Shown: positions 11,063 to 23,674, numbered from the stretch's first letter. The stretch: 64,000 bases of DNA from Octopus bimaculoides (GCF_001194135.2 NC_068982.1:184229617-184293616); one strand, 5' to 3'. Numbers and translations: made by a program. The notes: generated from the letters alone by a model not told the origin.

Positions 11063-11565
11063 AAACACACTGTTATAGTCACCGCTACACAACTGTAGCC
11101 AGAATTATATTTCCGTGTCAACTGAAGTCATTAAATGTGCTGAACTCTTTCCTAATTGCGTTCATTGTATGACCACTTATTCCTCATAAAACGAAGAGTC
11201 AATCATCACGGTAGAAGTCGAAATTTTCAGAGCGGAATCTCTTCCGAAGTCTATGATGTACAATTTCATTAATTCATAAACTTCAGAGCCAATAAATATA
11301 TTTTATAAAGCAATGTTTTAAATTCTAAGTTGGTCACTTCTTTCCGTTGCAGAATATAATACTGAATAATTTGGTTTAATGTAGGTTTGGAATTTGTTAT
11401 CTAGATTAAATGCTTAGATCAGAAAAAGTGAACTATTCTAAGGTTACATCTAACGATAATTTTTAGTTTCGATATGTTAAATAGTTTAATTCGATTTTTC
11501 CTGACTTTATTTGTTGTCTGTTGATATTTTTGGAGTGCCATAAGCCATCATCTCTGTAAAGGCCA
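11060..11565 (-). mobile_element. Penelope-like element RT fragments (two segments)
   Basis: 11560-11340 reads DGLYRDDGL...KLKIIVRCNLRIVHF...YIKPN. 11330-11060 reads GSEVYELMKLYII...FYRDD*L. Confidence 0.8.
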
Positions 11566-12230
11566 TCATGAATCAAATTTAATTTAACGTTAAGCAAATT
11601 TAAACTGTATGGATGTAGGTGCTGGTTGGTTGGTTGGTTTCGGCGGATGGTAGTGGTGGCGGTGGTACTTTCAATGGATGGTTGTGAATCTTTGCCGTTC
11701 GACTATAAAGGATAAGTTCTTCGATTGACAGAATTACCTGCTTCTCAATTGATGTGTAAGTAGTTGAGCATTCCGCAAATATGTGCCTACCCTTAATGTA
11801 GTTCTCAAAGCGTGTCAGTGTAACAAAACAGTGTACAATAATGTTATACATTTTGAATTACAAGTATAATCCACACCTCAGGCTTCCATGCAGTTTCTAT
11901 ACACCCAATTTCACTCAAAAGATATAGGTCAACTCGCGGTTTTAGAAAACGGTATCTACCTAAGATGGAACGCAGTGGAATCGGATGTAGGATCTTATAG
12001 TTGCAAAGCGAACTTCCTAAATATTCGACCATACAGCCACCTTATCTTTAATTAAACTATATAAGCCAACTAAATTTGAAAGCTACAAAGTTTCCTCTAT
12101 TTACCATTTTACCAAAATGCTAGGTATAGCAGTTTACCAGTTACTTCTTGTTACTCATTATCTTCTCTCGGTGAAATAGATTCTGTACACTGCACCCTTC
12201 TCTAATTAAAACTGATAAAGTAGAAGCAAT

Positions 12231-12626
12231 GTTGTTGTTGTTGTTGTTGGCACTCCGTCGCTTACGACGTCGAGGGTTCCAGTTGATACGATCAACGGAA
12301 CAGCCTGCTCGTGAGATTAACGTGCAAGTGGCTGAGCACTCCACAAACACGTGTACCCTTAACGTAGTTTTCGGGGATATTCAACGTGACACAGTGTGAC
12401 AAGGCTGACCCTTTGAATTACAGGCACAACAGAAACAGGAAGTAAGAGTGAGTGAAAGTTGTGGTGAAAGAGTACAGCAAGGTTCGCCACCATCCCCTGC
12501 CGGAGCCTCGTGGAGGTTTAGGTGTTTTCGCTCAATAAACACTCACAACGCCCGGTCTGGGAATCGAAACCGCGATCCTATGACCGTGAGTCCGCTGCCC
12601 TAACCACTGGGCCATTGCGCCTCCAC
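12231..12626 (-). mobile_element. Full-length tRNA(Arg)-like SINE family D with TSD
   Basis: Minus-strand head gtggaggcgcaatggcccagtggttaggg...ggtttcgattccc and a (CAA)n 3' end. 14-bp TSD aaagtagaagcaat / aaagtataagcaat. Very similar to 39030-39415. Confidence 0.92.
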
Positions 12627-12676
12627 AAAGTATAAGCAATAATGAAATCACAACAAACAAATATACCAAAAAATGC

Positions 12677-12766
12677 TGACATCATCACCAATCCATTTCC
12701 TTAAACTCACTCATATCCCAGTCATTGACTCGGAAGTGACGTCATCGATGACGGTATTATATATAG
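12677..12766. promoter_or_regulatory. Candidate Pol II promoter: ETS-CRE composite with CCAAT and TATA-like elements
   Basis: Exact CGGAAGTGACGTCA at 12731-12744; TGACATCA at 12677; CCAAT at 12688-12692; tattatatatag at 12755-12766. Confidence 0.4.
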
Positions 12767-13327
12767 ACCCACGGCATTACCAAATATACGACAGCGGTCA
12801 ATTAGTCCTATGATTTTTTGTTTGTTTATAGTTCATAAACTCCAGCGACATCTGTCCGACATCTGTGAAGTTTATCATCCCCACCCTACAGTTATCACTT
12901 CTAATATCACTTTTTCCTCTCCCCCTCATCTTCCCATTTATCACGACAGAAAAAAAGAAAAGAAAGAAACCCGGCCCTCTAACGACCATTGCACACCATC
13001 AATGCGACCATTACTCACACCACCATTACCACTAAGCAATAGCCATCATTTTAACTATCCCCACCAGTACGATATGACAACATTACAACGACCAATCTCC
13101 GATAGATACCTTCACCACAAACCGCCGCCATCCCCCCCCACTATCACCATTATCAACACTAGCACCGTGACCAACCACTGCAGCCACCACGGCCACTTGC
13201 AACACCATCACCACCATCATACCAACACCGTATCACAGCTACACTCCGATAAACACTAGCAGTAACGCCCTCCCACGACCACCACCAAAGTCATGATCAC
13301 CGAACCTGATCACCGCTATGCGAGTGA

Positions 13328-13544
13328 ACGGGGGTAGGATGAAAAGTTCCTGGCTTTGAATAAAAGAAAATACAGGAGGATCAGTTAATCGCGATTTTAT
13401 TCAACATATTCCCCCTTCTCAGATTCGCACTTATCGCAGCGGTCCTTCAGTTTTTCTAAGTCTTGTAAAAGAACTCGGAAGGTTGGGCCTTCAAGCCGGG
13501 CCTTTCGTGACACCCTTACAGCCAGGAAGTTTTCAGTACCTCGT
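13328..13544. mobile_element. Mariner-type MITE
   Basis: Imperfect TIRs acgggggtaggatgaaaagttcctggct and cagccaggaagttttcagtacctcgt. Confidence 0.75.
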
Positions 13545-13576
13545 CATAATCATTACTACCAACACCTGACTAACGT

Positions 13577-13941
13577 ATGACAATCACCACCAACACCACC
13601 ACCACCACCAACACCACCACCACCACCACCAACACNNNNNNNNNNNNNNNNNNNNNNNNNNNNNNNNNNNNNNNNNNNNNNNNNNNNNNNNNNNNNNNNN
13701 NNNNNNNNNNNNNNNNNNNNNNNNNNNNNNNNNNNNNNNNNNNNNNNNNNNNNNNNNNNNNNNNNNNNNNNNNNNNNNNNNNNNNNNNNNNNNNNNNNNN
13801 NNNNNNNNNNNNNNNNNNNNNNNNNNNNNNNNNNNNNNNNNNNNNNNNNNNNNNNNNNNNNNNNNNNNNNNNNNNNNNNNNNNNNNNNNNNNNNNNNNNN
13901 NNNNNNNNNNNNNNNNNNNNNNNNNNNNNNNNNNNNNNNNN

Positions 13942-13991
<50 letters not shown>

Positions 13992-14009
13992 AGTTACTAC
14001 TACTACAGT

Positions 14010-14042
<33 letters not shown>

Positions 14043-14060
14043 AGTTACTACTACTACAGT

Positions 14061-14114
<54 letters not shown>

Positions 14115-14347
14115 GTACATGACCATCAAACTACCACCACTGTCTCCACCACCACCACCAGTATCAGGACTACAAATAACATCACTACGAATAATGCCAC
14201 TGTCACAACCAGCCAACATTAGATTCTACAACACCGGTAATACTAGCACCGCTGCTATTAACATACCACTAACACCAACAACACTGCTTCTCGTACCACA
14301 ACCACCACAGCCATTGCTTCTACCACCACCATCACTAATACTGCCAT

Positions 14348-14380
<33 letters not shown>

Positions 14381-14429
14381 TATTATTGCTACTACTACAA
14401 CTATCACCTACACCACTACTACCACCACC

Positions 14430-14460
<31 letters not shown>

Positions 14461-14820
14461 ATACTACTACTACTACTGCTACCACCATTACTACCACCAT
14501 TACTATTACTACTACTACTACTATCACCACCACTACTACCACCACCACTACTACCACCACCACCACTACTACTACTACCACCACCACTATCACCACCACT
14601 ACTACCACCACCACTACTACCATCACCACTACTACCACCACCACTACTACCACCACCACTACTACCACCACCACTATTACTACTACTAATACTACTACTA
14701 CTACTGCTACCACCATTACTACCACCATTACTATTACTACTACTACAACTACTATCACTACTACTACTACTTACTACTACTACTACTACTAATTCTAATA
14801 CTACTACCTACACTATCAGG
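13577..14820. repeat. (ACC)n/(ACT)n compound trinucleotide array with gap
   Basis: Direct inspection; produces spurious poly-L/P/V/T ORFs. Confidence 0.95.
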
Positions 14821-16308
14821 ATTGCAANNNNNNNNNNNNNNNNNNNNNNNNNNNNNNNNNNNNNNNNNNNNNNNNNNNNNNNNNNNNNNNNNNNNNNNNN
14901 NNNNNNNNNNNNNNNNNNNNNNNNNNNNNNNNNNNNNNNNNNNNNNNNNNNNNNNNNNNNNNNNNNNNNNNNNNNNNNNNNNNNNNNNNNNNNNNNNNNN
15001 NNNNNNNNNNNNNNNNNNNNNNNNNNNNNNNNNNNNNNNNNNNNNNNNNNNNNNNNNNNNNNNNNNNNNNNNNNNNNNNNNNNNNNNNNNNNNNNNNNNN
15101 NNNNNNNNNNNNNNNNNNNNNNNNNNNNNNNNNNNNNNNNNNNNNNNNNNNNNNNNNNNNNNNNNNNNNNNNNNNNNNNNNNNNNNNNNNNNNNNNNNNN
15201 NNNNNNNNNNNNNNNNNNNNNNNNNNNNNNNNNNNNNNNNNNNNNNNNNNNNNNNNNNNNNNNNNNNNNNNNNNNNNNNNNNNNNNNNNNNNNNNNNNNN
15301 NNNNNNNNNNNNNNNNNNNNNNNNNNNNNNNNNNNNNNNNNNNNNNNNNNNNNNNNNNNNNNNNNNNNNNNNNNNNNNNNNNNNNNNNNNNNNNNNNNNN
15401 NNNNNNNNNNNNNNNNNNNNNNNNNNNNNNNNNNNNNNNNNNNNNNNNNNNNNNNNNNNNNNNNNNNNNNNNNNNNNNNNNNNNNNNNNNNNNNNNNNNN
15501 NNNNNNNNNNNNNNNNNNNNNNNNNNNNNNNNNNNNNNNNNNNNNNNNNNNNNNNNNNNNNNNNNNNNNNNNNNNNNNNNNNNNNNNNNNNNNNNNNNNN
15601 NNNNNNNNNNNNNNNNNNNNNNNNNNNNNNNNNNNNNNNNNNNNNNNNNNNNNNNNNNNNNNNNNNNNNNNNCACCGCCGTCACCACCACCACCGCCACC
15701 ACCAACAGTAACACTAACAATAATAATGCTACCAACACCACCGCTATCATTAATAAGAATACCTACAGGCCGGTGGGAGGGCCTTTATGTGATCGCTCCA
15801 TCTGCTAGAAATAGTAACCCATTTTCTCGGATCTATTCCAACCTGGACTACCATTTAAAGAAATGAACACATTTGATAATAAGTTACTTATGCTAAGTTA
15901 GAATTTAAAAAAACAAAACAAAAAAAAACGGGATGGTCACGGTTGGAATGCTTTTTAATCGTTGGATGGTAATTTAATTTATCATGACCTGATTTAACTC
16001 CACCAGCAGCTGTCTTTAAAGAAACACATGAGAGAGGAAGATTTATTCCGCTGTGGCCCAGGTTAAAATCAAGACCAGGTCTTTGAGTGTCCTTAGAAGA
16101 GCACATTAGGCTAAAAGAAAAACTTAGCCGGTCATGGTCTACTCTGATGCTACCGCCTGGTCCATTGAAAGCTGTTGTTGCCAGAGTGAGGAACTTGAAC
16201 GTATGCTACATTGAAAGCACGCACATGTAGACAGACAGGTAGGTGGGCAGGCCGACAGACAGACAGACAGACAGATAGATAGATAGATAGAGAGATAGAT
16301 AGATAGAG

Positions 16309-16377
<69 letters not shown>

Positions 16378-16782
16378 CACACATACATACTGTATCGAGA
16401 TGTAGAAATTACTTCAGTGTTAATGTATAAAATAGCATGTTATATACTGTAATGTTATATACTGTATATAATGTTATATATACTGTATATAATGTTATAT
16501 ACTGTAATGTTTATATATATATGTATCCCCAGCATGGCCACAGCTCATGAGCTGAAACTAGATAAAAAAATATATATATGTATGTATGTGTGTGTGNNNN
16601 NNNNNNTATATATATATATATATATATATATATTGACATATATATATGTTAATATATATATATACCGTACATATTCAAGTGATAGTCGATCTCATGTAAA
16701 AGTCGAACCCCTATTTTGGACCAAAAATTAGATCTCGTGTGTGTGTGTGTGTGTGTGTGTTTTCATATGTTTATATATACAA

Positions 16783-16813
<31 letters not shown>

Positions 16814-17529
16814 CACACACACATATAGAGAGGGAGGTTGTTTCTTATGGCCAGTCAGAGAGTGACCATAGGTTTCGCACCTATAAAGCTTTTAGCTGAA
16901 TAGGCGACGCATCAGACTCGTAGACTAAAGGTACATAACTTCTCTATAACTGGAAGAAGGAACAAATATTGGTCAGTTAAGGTTGTAAATAAAAAATTCC
17001 GGAACTAAATTCTATTGAGAATAAATCTGGGTGAGGTAGATTTAACCTTCTAAACAATTACTTTTCCCTAGACGGCAAACAGGGAATTCCATGCTTTTAA
17101 CATGAATTTCCTCTGATGAAGGCACCGATTAAACATCGCTTTTTTAGGGTTTAAGAAGGCCCCCGAAGCAAGCGAGTTTTTCAGGATTCTTGCTCTCTCG
17201 GTCAAGCAAAGTTTATATCGTTTGCTCTCGTTGAGGTACAGTCTTGGTTGTTTTAAGAGCCTTCCTTTAATAATGCCTGGTGTACCTTCGTCTTTTGAAT
17301 GCCATACGCAGCTGACCAGGGATTTGATGTCGCGCCTCTCTGACCAAGACGTGTTCCTTCCTCCAGTTGTGGGAGGATTATGTGCCCCCGGCTAAAAAAT
17401 CTGGTGAATCGCCTATACAACTAAGAGTTTTATAGATGGAAAACCAAAGGTCACTCTAAAACAACCATCTAAGTATTACCGCTCTAATGTTTCAAGAATA
17501 GTTCTTTCCGGATTTATGAACCATTGACC

Positions 17530-17673
17530 GATTATATGTGGTGTGAGTGTGTATGTATGTATGTATGTATGTATGTATGTATGTATGTATGTATGTATGT
17601 ATGTATGTATATATATATATATATGTATGTATGTATGTATATATATATATATATATACATACACATACATACA

Positions 17674-17709
<36 letters not shown>

Positions 17710-17948
17710 CACTGCTGTGAGTTTGAGGAATTTAAACTTATGTTGAGATAAACACATATATAGGCGGGCAGACAGAAAGACCGACAGACACATACATATA
17801 TACATACATTCATACATACTATACATACGTACATAATACATACATACATACATACATACATACATACGTACATACATACATACGTACATACATACGTACA
17901 TACATACATACATACGTACATACATACATACATACGTACATACATACA

Positions 17949-17981
<33 letters not shown>

Positions 17982-17985
17982 CAAT
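17530..17985. repeat. (TATG)n/(CATA)n tetranucleotide arrays
   Basis: Direct inspection. Confidence 0.95.
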
Positions 17986-18187
17986 GTACATCTCTTGAGT
18001 TTTTTCTGAGGCTCTAAACTTGGTATTCTAATTCTGGATTCTTTTGAACGCTGTCGTAAAATGCTCCACGAAAATATATTTCCATGAATCTTCGAATATA
18101 TCTGTGTGTGAGTGTGTGTGTGTATGTGTGTGTGTGTATGTGTGTGTGTGAGTGAGTGTGTGTGCGTGTATCTGTGTATGCATAATG

Positions 18188-18224
<37 letters not shown>

Positions 18225-18270
18225 TATTATTATATATACATATAAATATCAATTATCTATCTATCTATCA

Positions 18271-18341
<71 letters not shown>

Positions 18342-18606
18342 TATACACATACCTCTATATGTACATCTATTCAAGAGCACTAAAGCTTCGGCTTGCTTAC
18401 GTGTGACATTTTTAGCAGTGTTTCTGGAGACATGAAAGATCACGTGTTTCCGTACGTGAATAGGAAAAAAAATATGGCATGTTCTGATTATCATAATGAA
18501 TAAATATGGGAAACACTTCATTCTTTTTTTAATTTTTTGGTGTGGGGGTGTGATCAATCAAATCACTATGTTCTGTTTACAAATCATGTTTCGATGTGTT
18601 TGCGAA

Positions 18607-18687
18607 TATTTTGAATTATATATTTTCACGCTGCTTTTCTGGTTCAATCGTCAAAATAATGAGTTATATTTCACTGTACATATGTAC

Positions 18688-18718
<31 letters not shown>

Positions 18719-18890
18719 TGTATGTATGTATGTATGCATGCATGTAAGTATGTATGTATGTATGTATGTATGTATGTATGTATGTATGTATGTATGCATG
18801 TATGTATCTATGCATGTATGTAGTGAAATATAACTCATTATTCTGACGAGTGAACCAGAAAAGCAGCTTGAAAATATATAATGAGAAATA
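18607..18890. repeat. 70-bp inverted repeat pair around (TATG)n; Tc1-like termini facing outward
   Basis: 18607-18676 and 18821-18890 are ~90% reverse complements. The inner ends read ...tttcactg|ta and tagtgaaat... Confidence 0.8.
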
Positions 18891-18899
18891 TTAGAAAAT

Positions 18900-19132
18900 G
18901 GGCGTGGCTGTGTGGTAACTTATTCTCTGTAAGCCTAGTATTTATTCTATCGCTCTCTTTGCCGAGCCGCTATGTTACAGGGACGTAAACACACCAACAT
19001 CAGTTGTCAAGCGATGGTGGGGGACAAACACAGACGCACAAACATATATACGACGGGCTTCTTTTAGTTTCCGTCTACCAAATCCGCTCACAAAATTTTG
19101 GTCGGCCCGAGGCTATAGTTGAAGACGCTTGC
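18900..19132 (-). mobile_element. Rearranged SINE family B (plus-strand head stub fused to minus-strand body)
   Basis: gggcgtggctgtgtggtaa (+ head, 18900-18918) is joined directly to cttattctctgtaagcc... (- body), which runs to 19132. Confidence 0.8.
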
Positions 19133-19232
19133 GCATACGCACCTCTCCCCCCCCCACACACATCTGAGCGCATAGGGGCAAAACAAGATAGAGAAAAATG
19201 TAGAGTGAAATTTAGTTTTATAGAAGCTGCAC

Positions 19233-19267
<35 letters not shown>

Positions 19268-19811
19268 TACGCACACATACACTTACACACACATGCGTAT
19301 ACATACATACATACATACATACATACATGCATACATAATACTTACCTACCTACTTACCTACCTACATACACACATACATACATACATACATACGTAAATA
19401 CATACATACATACATACATACATACATGCATACATACATACATACATACATACATACATACATACATACATACATACATAGACTAATCCGATATTTAATT
19501 CCAATGTAATATCGAGGAAGTCAACTGCATCAATCGGCCAATATTCTTTAAAAAAATTTCCTTTACTTCTTCCTAGTCCTATGTATTTCTACTTTACTAT
19601 ACTTGCTAACAGAGAAAAATGCGTCGTTCCTATACAGGCCACCCAAGAGATTCACGAAATCTTTATACAAATTACGCAATATATATACTCACCCGGCGGG
19701 GTGTTGTTATATAAATAAATTGTTGAGTTAGGTAATATAATAAAACACATCATATGTTCTATACCATTATATCATACACGAAATTTGATTATTACCCAAT
19801 ATTCTTTGGGA

Positions 19812-20015
19812 GGAGGAATGGCACGGTCGTTAGAGCAGCGGAGAAAAATGCTTTGAAGTATTTCGTCTGATTCTCTGCGTTCTTCATTCAACTCAGCTTT
19901 TCCGTTCATCCTTCTGCAGTCGATAAAATGAAAATATCAATCAAGTGCTAATACCAATATAATTGATTGTTCATTTCTCCCAAAATTTGAGGCTTTATGC
20001 CTTATCTATCAAACC
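19812..20015 (+). mobile_element. Degenerate SINE family A
   Basis: ttcatccttctgcagtcgataaaatg central block and cccaaaatttgaggc tail. Confidence 0.7.
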
Positions 20016-20134
20016 AATACTATTCTACATTACGGAATATATTACCTAACCTTACAACATATACTACATGATATTACATCATCATACTACGCTACACTTC
20101 ATTACACAATATATTACATTATATGATTGGTTGC

Positions 20135-20379
20135 GTGGAGGCGCGTGGCTTAGTGGGGCTTAGTGGTTAGGGTGTTGGACTTACGATCATAAGATTGTGG
20201 TTTCAATTCCCTGATTAGGCGACGAGTTGTGTTCCTGAGCAAAACACTTCATTTCACGTTGCTCCAGTCCATTCAGCTGGCAAAAACGAGTAATCCTGCG
20301 ATGGACCGGCGTCCCGTCTAAACGCCAAAGAAACTGGGAAACCGGCCCGATGAGTCAATACGATTCGGGAAGGATCTTT
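20135..20379 (+). mobile_element. tRNA-derived CORE-type SINE family E
   Basis: Head gtggaggcgcgtggcttagtgg, CORE-like ttgtgttcctgagcaaaacacttcatttc...ccattcagctgg, and tail cctgcgatggaccggcgtcccg. Confidence 0.85.
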
Positions 20380-20559
20380 GATTGTCTCCTATACGATTGG
20401 TTGTACGGCACTGCATTATAATACTACACTATATCACTCTTGTACTATACTATACTATACTATACTATACTATATTATGCCAGTGTGACAGATTGTTAAC
20501 AGTAGGCTACATAACAGCTGCCGTAAATTTGCTACTCCTTTATTGGCAGGATAAAGTCC

Positions 20560-20800
20560 CAGGCACTGAAATCCTCAATCACGTGTTGCTACCCAGCATC
20601 CACACCCACTTATATGTTGTGTTTTATGCTGATGTACTCAGAGACATTCTTGACCGCATCCAGAAAACTGCTACACGGCGGATTAGCATTAAGACACTGA
20701 GAGATATACTCCAACCTCAGCTTTACAGATGAACTGTCTCATCGATCCGTCTTTGTTACTGTTATGCTGCTACAGTATTCCTCTTGAAACCGGATGGCTT
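20560..20800 (+). mobile_element. CR1/L2/Jockey-group LINE ORF2 C-terminal fragment
   Basis: DILDRIQKTATRRISIKTLRDILQP resembles the LDRIQxRA...LQPL end of LINE RT proteins. Confidence 0.5.
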
Positions 20801-21237
20801 TGTGTCACCTCTATCCTGGCACTCCCAATATACCCTTTTATTTTTATCCCTTTATCACTCATGTTGTCTCAAATCCTCACTGACCTCGCATTCCTCACTA
20901 CACTAATTATTACACTCAGTCCTTTCTCCCTTCTGTAATTCTTACCTTACTCAAATCTTTCTTGCCATTATCGACAACTACACGTTTAAGCGGAATGTTA
21001 ATGGCATCAATCTTACTGATTTCAGAAGACCTGCAAAGACTATTTATACTGCTTCTCCTTCCAGATTTAAAAAAAAAAGTGTGACATCGAATCAAAGCAG
21101 CCAGAAGTTGTGGAACTAAACTAAAGAGAAGGCTGAGAAATTCAGAATTGGCGGCACACTGGCAAAAAATGGACCTCTGAGGTATTTCCTGACACATCCA
21201 TGAGTGATGCCATAGTTATTACTTATATGAATGGATA

Positions 21238-21364
21238 AAGCGGTGAGCTGACAGAATCGTTAGCAGCATTTCTTCCGACCCTTAGGTTATGGGATCAAAT
21301 TCCGTGGAGGTTGACTTTGCCATGCTCCACTCAAAATTGCTGGCCTTGTACCAAAATTTAGAAC
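21238..21364 (+). mobile_element. SINE family A, internally deleted
   Basis: Head gcggtgagctgacagaatcgttag joined to tail aaaattgctggccttgtacc; most of the central block is missing. Confidence 0.8.
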
Positions 21365-21507
21365 TATTATCAATATGAATTGAAGAACAAAAGATAATAT
21401 CGTATCACACTAGTGGACAATATCACACAGTACTACATTACACTGCATCGAACCACATTACGCCATTCTACGCTATTATATGCCGCACTGTGCTACTCAA
21501 AATCTCT

Positions 21508-21705
21508 GGCGGTGGATTGGAAGAATCAGAAGAACTTCGCTAAAAGTTACCTGTCAGCGTTTTACTTTCAGAGTTCAAATCCCACTGAGGTCAGCTTTGC
21601 TTTTCAACGTCCCGAAATCAACAAGATAAGGAACATACCAAGTAGTGGGGTTAATATAATCGACTGTTCCATTTCTTTCATTTTTGGCTTCATGCCTGTA
21701 TTACA
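21508..21705 (+). mobile_element. Degenerate SINE family A
   Basis: cagagttcaaatccc B box, with central and tail homology to family A. Confidence 0.7.
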
Positions 21706-22109
21706 AACAATTATTATTGCTTTTATTTAACCCAAGGTCAGCAATAATCGAGTAGTTCGATGATCAAAGCCGTCCCAGCCATGACCTGATCATCTCGTCT
21801 TTTATCCAAGCAATGTATTTTTTTTCTTCTTAAATGTGACATTGAGAAAATTTAGCTACTATTTCTAGGATGGCTTATTGGTTGGTTTCTGTATTAAGGA
21901 AGTTTCGCGTTTCGGATCATAGACGAAACAAACCTCTGTGGTTGTGATGTAGATAATATAATGATTAGCACTACTATAATTAATACTACGATAATTAGTA
22001 CTACTAATAATAACGTTCTCGTGGGAATGTGATTAGCTCATATCAGATATGTGTTTTATTTGAATAGAATCACGACTCACGCAATGAATATCGGTATGAA
22101 ATGCTCTAT

Positions 22110-22180
22110 TTACTGTCCTTGATAATGATAAATTCTACAAGTGCCTTGGAATTGAAGAAAATGTGAGCCATGTGTGGCTT
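22110..22180 (+). mobile_element. Short R4/Dong-like RT fragment
   Basis: DNDKFYKCLGIEENV resembles the YKYLG motif also seen near 61820. Confidence 0.35.
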
Positions 22181-22338
22181 CTTGTAATGCCATCGCTGTC
22201 TTTCGCAACTGTCTTTTGTTGCCTTCATACTATTCAGACATATTGGGTTTCTGGCTTTAAAGAGCGTGTTATGTCAAGAGAAATTAAAATACATTTCTAG
22301 ATATATTGTAAACTTCGAAACCTAAATCAAGCCGAAGC

Positions 22339-22389
<51 letters not shown>

Positions 22390-23171
22390 GGGCTGTTGTT
22401 GTTGTTGATGATTTTGTTTCGTCCTATGCCATTCTTCATCCAGTAGATTAAGATCTGAAATATTTCAGACGGGACCATCCGGTTATATAAATATAAATAT
22501 ANNNNNNNNNNNNNNNNNNNNNNNNNNNNNNNNNNNNNNNNNNNNNNNNNNNNNNNNNNNNNNNNNNNNNNNNNNNNNNNNNNNNNNNNNNNNNNNNNNN
22601 NNNNNNNNNNNNNNNNNNNNNNNNNNNNNNNNNNNNNNNNNNNNNNNNNNNNNNNNNNNNNNNNNNNNNNNNNNNNNNNNNNNNNNNNNNNNNNNNNNNN
22701 NNNNNNNNNNNNNNNNNNNNNNNNNNNNNNNNNNNNNNNNNNNNNNNNNNNNNNNNNNNNNNNNNNNNNNNNNNNNNNNNNNNNNNNNNNNNNNNNNNNN
22801 NNNNNNNNNNNNNNNNNNNNNNNNNNNNNNNNNNNNNNNNNNNNNNNNNNNNNNNNNNNNNNNNNNNNNNNNNNNNNNNNNNNNNNNNNNNNNNNNNNNN
22901 NNNNNNNNNNNNNNNNNNNNNNNNNNNNNNNNNNNNNNNNNNNNNNNNNNNNNNNNNNNNNNNNNNNNNNNNNNNNNNNNNNNNNNNNNNNNNNNNNNNN
23001 NNNNNNNNNNNNNNNNNNNNNNNNNNNNNNNNNNNNNNNNNNNNNNNNNNNNNNNNNNNNNNNNNNNNNNNNNNNNNNNNNNNNNNNNNNNNNNNNNNNN
23101 NNNNNNNTTTTTTTTTTTTTTTTGCTTTCGTTCATATAAAAGCAAAAATGCTATAATGTTAAGAAAGTTAA

Positions 23172-23266
23172 AGAAGTGATTTTTCTCTGCAAAATAGGGG
23201 TAGTTTATCCTGTTCAGGCTATATTATTAGCATTATCCTGCGTTTGAGAATTTAGAAATCACTTCT
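23172..23266. mobile_element. 95-bp MITE with TTAA flanks (Kolobok-like)
   Basis: TTAA|AGAAGTGATTT ... AAATCACTTCT|TTAA, with a second copy at 1098-1181. Confidence 0.75.
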
Positions 23267-23674
23267 TTAACTTCCTAAGACATCTCAACGCTTCTAAAAG
23301 CAAACTTCGTTTGTTTGTTTACGTTTGTCGTAATTTGAATTTAACGTATAATGTTAAGTATCTTTTGAGGAGTTGAAGAGAAAAGCTATTCTTTAACTTG
23401 GGGAATTGTTCGCAAGAAGTAGAAGACGTGAAATGTTTTACAGCTACAGTGGTGCATTTCTTTCTAACATAGCAAATCAATCCTCTGCAAATGGCTACAA
23501 CCAAAAGACAGTAGCCATCATTATTTAGTTTATCTACCATTTAGAAATTTCATGTACAGTGAACAAAGTATCAAATACTCAGCAGCCCTGGACATGCCCA
23601 AAGATTACTCAAAGGATATCGCATATTTAGGTCTTGTACCAACATGAACTTAACTATGATCTTTTATCTTTTGT

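Noticed and set aside
12530-12626. tRNA-like sequences (also 20135-20215, 39330-39415, 44694-44780, 63600-63683)
   Set aside because: Each continues into a shared SINE body, lacks a proper acceptor stem and terminator, and two have TSDs; they are SINE heads, not tRNA genes.
19590-19700. Branchpoint/acceptor-like gctaacag (+) and donor-like gtgagt (-)
   Set aside because: The signals are on opposite strands and bracket no convincing open frame.
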